Shown: positions 24,684 through 26,422 of the stretch, piece by piece
Numbering within the stretch: position 1 is the stretch's first letter
How the letters are laid out: every line of letters begins with the position of its first letter
Source of the DNA: a virus
Lineage: Duplodnaviria > Caudoviricetes
Virus record (IMG/VR): IMGVR_UViG_3300032247_000383
Span: 1-26,422 of that record
Length of the DNA stretch: 26,422 nucleotides
Direction: 5' to 3' (one strand)
Made by a program: the position numbers and the translations under genes
The notes under the pieces: model-generated
Told to the model about the DNA's origin: nothing
The model's database searches: none
Seen by the model: only the letters and a program-made list of their open reading frames with translations

Positions 24684-24951
24684 CTTCTACCTCCCAGGCC
24701 GCATCTTCACCACTTGGCACCGTGGGCGTGGTGCTCAGCGGTTCCCAACTCCATTTGCGCAGGGTTTTGTTTACGTTTTCGTACCATTCGACATATTGAG
24801 CGGTGCTCATGCCCTCCCGATAAACAGGGTAAATCCGCTTTTCTGTGGTTTTTTTAGGTTTGACCGGCTTATGCTTGCCGGTGCATTTTGCGTGATGCGC
24901 GAAAATGTCCGCGCGGTTGGTTTTGTAAGTGGTTTTTCCAATGGTTATCAT
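24664..24951 (-). CDS. Hypothetical early protein
   Basis: 95 aa basic; GGAG RBS; ATGA overlap. Confidence 0.7.
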   Translation of the reverse strand: MITIGKTTYKTNRADIFAHHAKCTGKHKPVKPKKTTEKRIYPVYREGMSTAQYVEWYENVNKTLRKWSWEPLSTTPTVPSGEDAAWEVEDATSDL

Positions 24952-25208
24952 TTTGCAGTCTCCAAAATTTCATTTGCGATTTCTTGTGCCCAGTCGATCA
25001 AATGGGTGCTTTCTTCACAATTTTTGCGGTATACATACTCGCAGGCGCGGTGTAGCACCCAGTCGGGCGGCACGTCTTCGCCTTGGTCTAAAAAACGCTC
25101 GCGCAGGTCTTCAACGTCAAGGGTAACGACGGGAAACCAACCCAATGACTTTTCAAGTTGAATTATTAAGCTGACTTTTTCTTCACGGCTAAGATTTTCA
25201 ATGTTCAT
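24948..25208 (-). CDS. Hypothetical early protein
   Basis: 86 aa acidic; GAGG RBS; ATGA overlap. Confidence 0.7.
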   Translation of the reverse strand: MNIENLSREEKVSLIIQLEKSLGWFPVVTLDVEDLRERFLDQGEDVPPDWVLHRACEYVYRKNCEESTHLIDWAQEIANEILETAK

Positions 25209-25378
25209 ACTGTCACCTCTTCAATGCTAGATGTTTCCCATTCGCCATAGCGGGTACATTCGCCGCTGTCAGCGTCTACGCTTTGCCACGCCATGGCCTC
25301 CGCCGCCTCTTCGCTTTCAGCTTCTATTTCATAGTGCACATGGGCGGTGTAAACAAGTGTTATTTGGTAGGTTTTCAT
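25205..25378 (-). CDS. Hypothetical early protein
   Basis: Probable start ATG 25378 (MKTYQITL..., 57 aa); 'EIEAESEEAAEAMA' motif common in small phage proteins. Confidence 0.7.
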   Translation of the reverse strand: MKTYQITLVYTAHVHYEIEAESEEAAEAMAWQSVDADSGECTRYGEWETSSIEEVTV

Positions 25379-25584
25379 TTTTGCATTCTCCGGGTTTGTT
25401 TGACTTGATCGGCTACCATTTTGCGAATTTTGAGCGACGCCGCGCAACGGTGCGCAGGCACAAGCCTAAAAAGCATATATGGGTGATCGGGACGGGTTGC
25501 CAAGTTGTCGGGCAGTTGCCAAAGATCGCGCAAAATCGCGGCGGTTTGGCATTGGACTTTATAAACGGTTTGATATGCGCTCAT
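25375..25584 (-). CDS. Hypothetical early protein
   Basis: 69 aa; ATGA overlaps at both ends; GAGG RBS. Confidence 0.6.
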   Translation of the reverse strand: MSAYQTVYKVQCQTAAILRDLWQLPDNLATRPDHPYMLFRLVPAHRCAASLKIRKMVADQVKQTRRMQK

Positions 25585-25859
25585 GCTGTCACCTCTTCGC
25601 GTTGCGTCTCAATGCCGCTGATGTAGGCATACATGAGCGCCGCTAATTCGCGCTTTGGGACGTGTCCGATTGACAAGGGCGACGATACGCCGCCGCCCTC
25701 ATTGAACATACGATGCAAGCAAACGCCGCCATAGGCATGGCTTAAATGATAGTTGCCGGGCTGGGCTTTGCCGTCAAAATATGGTGACATGGGCGAGCCG
25801 GTGATGCGGTTCAGGCGATCAACAATGGCTTGCAATTGTTTCTCAGTGACGCGGTTCAT
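25581..25859 (-). CDS. Hypothetical early protein
   Basis: 92 aa 'GNYHLSHAYGGVCLHRMFNEGGGV'; GGAG RBS. Confidence 0.75.
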   Translation of the reverse strand: MNRVTEKQLQAIVDRLNRITGSPMSPYFDGKAQPGNYHLSHAYGGVCLHRMFNEGGGVSSPLSIGHVPKRELAALMYAYISGIETQREEVTA

Positions 25860-25937
25860 AGTGTGTACTCCAAAGTAGTTGATTGAATTGGTGACAAGTC
25901 ACCCCATTGCACCCAGTGGATGCAATAGGTTGCACTG

Positions 25938-26192
25938 TCAAATGTATTGGCCGTTTACAACGTCGCGTTTTTGGGTGCCCACTGTTGTGGGCTCAATGGC
26001 CGTTAAAAGCACATCTTCGACCGTATAGGCGCCATTTCCTGCGCAAGGTGCAAATTCATGGCCAGACTCGCATTTAGCGCGGAATTCATCCGCTGATGCC
26101 CAATCCGTGAACCGCAAATAGTCGTGGTACAACTTGCCCGCAAAAGGCCCAGATGTAAAACGCTTAGAGAAGTTAACTTGATATGTATACAT
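25938..26192 (-). CDS. Hypothetical early protein
   Basis: 84 aa ORF in the leftward array. Confidence 0.65.
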   Translation of the reverse strand: MYTYQVNFSKRFTSGPFAGKLYHDYLRFTDWASADEFRAKCESGHEFAPCAGNGAYTVEDVLLTAIEPTTVGTQKRDVVNGQYI

Positions 26193-26194
26193 GA

Positions 26195-26278
26195 TTATTT
26201 AACCAAAACGTCAAAGTAGGCCAAAGCGCAGACTGTCAGCGCGGCGGCGATGGTGAAGGCGGCGATGATGTCCTTCAT
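26195..26278 (-). CDS. 27-aa membrane peptide (not in ORF track)
   Basis: MKDIIAAFTIAAALTVCALAYFDVLVK; GAGG RBS; ATGA overlap. Confidence 0.65.
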   Translation of the reverse strand: MKDIIAAFTIAAALTVCALAYFDVLVK

Positions 26279-26421
26279 GCTTGCACCTCTTGACAAAACG
26301 CCAACGCCGCGTTCATTGATTCAGATTGACCGACAAACTCAAGCTCGTCACTCTCAATCAGATATTTACAAACGTTGAAACGTTCGCCCCCAACCTCGCG
26401 CCTTTCGGGGTCTTTATAGTC
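26275..26421 (-). CDS. Hypothetical protein, 5'-truncated by the window edge
   Basis: ...DYKDPERREVGGERFNVCKYLIESDELEFVGQSESMNAALAFCQEVQA*. Confidence 0.55.
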   Translation of the reverse strand, partial: DYKDPERREVGGERFNVCKYLIESDELEFVGQSESMNAALAFCQEVQA

Positions 26422-26422
26422 G

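Overview
Fragment of a tailed dsDNA phage genome; there are no host genes, integrase, tRNA or CRISPR array. 1-12413 (+) is a P22-like podovirus virion module: scaffold, gp5-type coat, two decoration-like proteins, gp4-like and gp10-like head-tail proteins, tail proteins, a cupin and three ejection proteins. 12410-13617 (+) holds a permuted papain-like peptidase, a membrane protein, a small holin and an M15 endolysin. 13420-17671 (-) holds small accessory genes, an SNF2-like helicase and a VRR-NUC nuclease. A compact bidirectional promoter sits at about 17672-17711. 17741-24477 (+) is an APSE-type replication module: Cas4-like DUF2800 nuclease, probable SSB, C5 DNA methyltransferase, family A polymerase and primase-helicase. 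24550-26422 (-) holds small early genes. The most striking observation is that the methyltransferase is frameshifted inside a G9 tract (G8 restores it). It starts directly after a terminator hairpin and its stop overlaps the polymerase start, so it is a candidate slipped-strand ON/OFF switch; a homopolymer assembly error cannot be excluded. All product calls come from motif recognition and synteny, not database searches.
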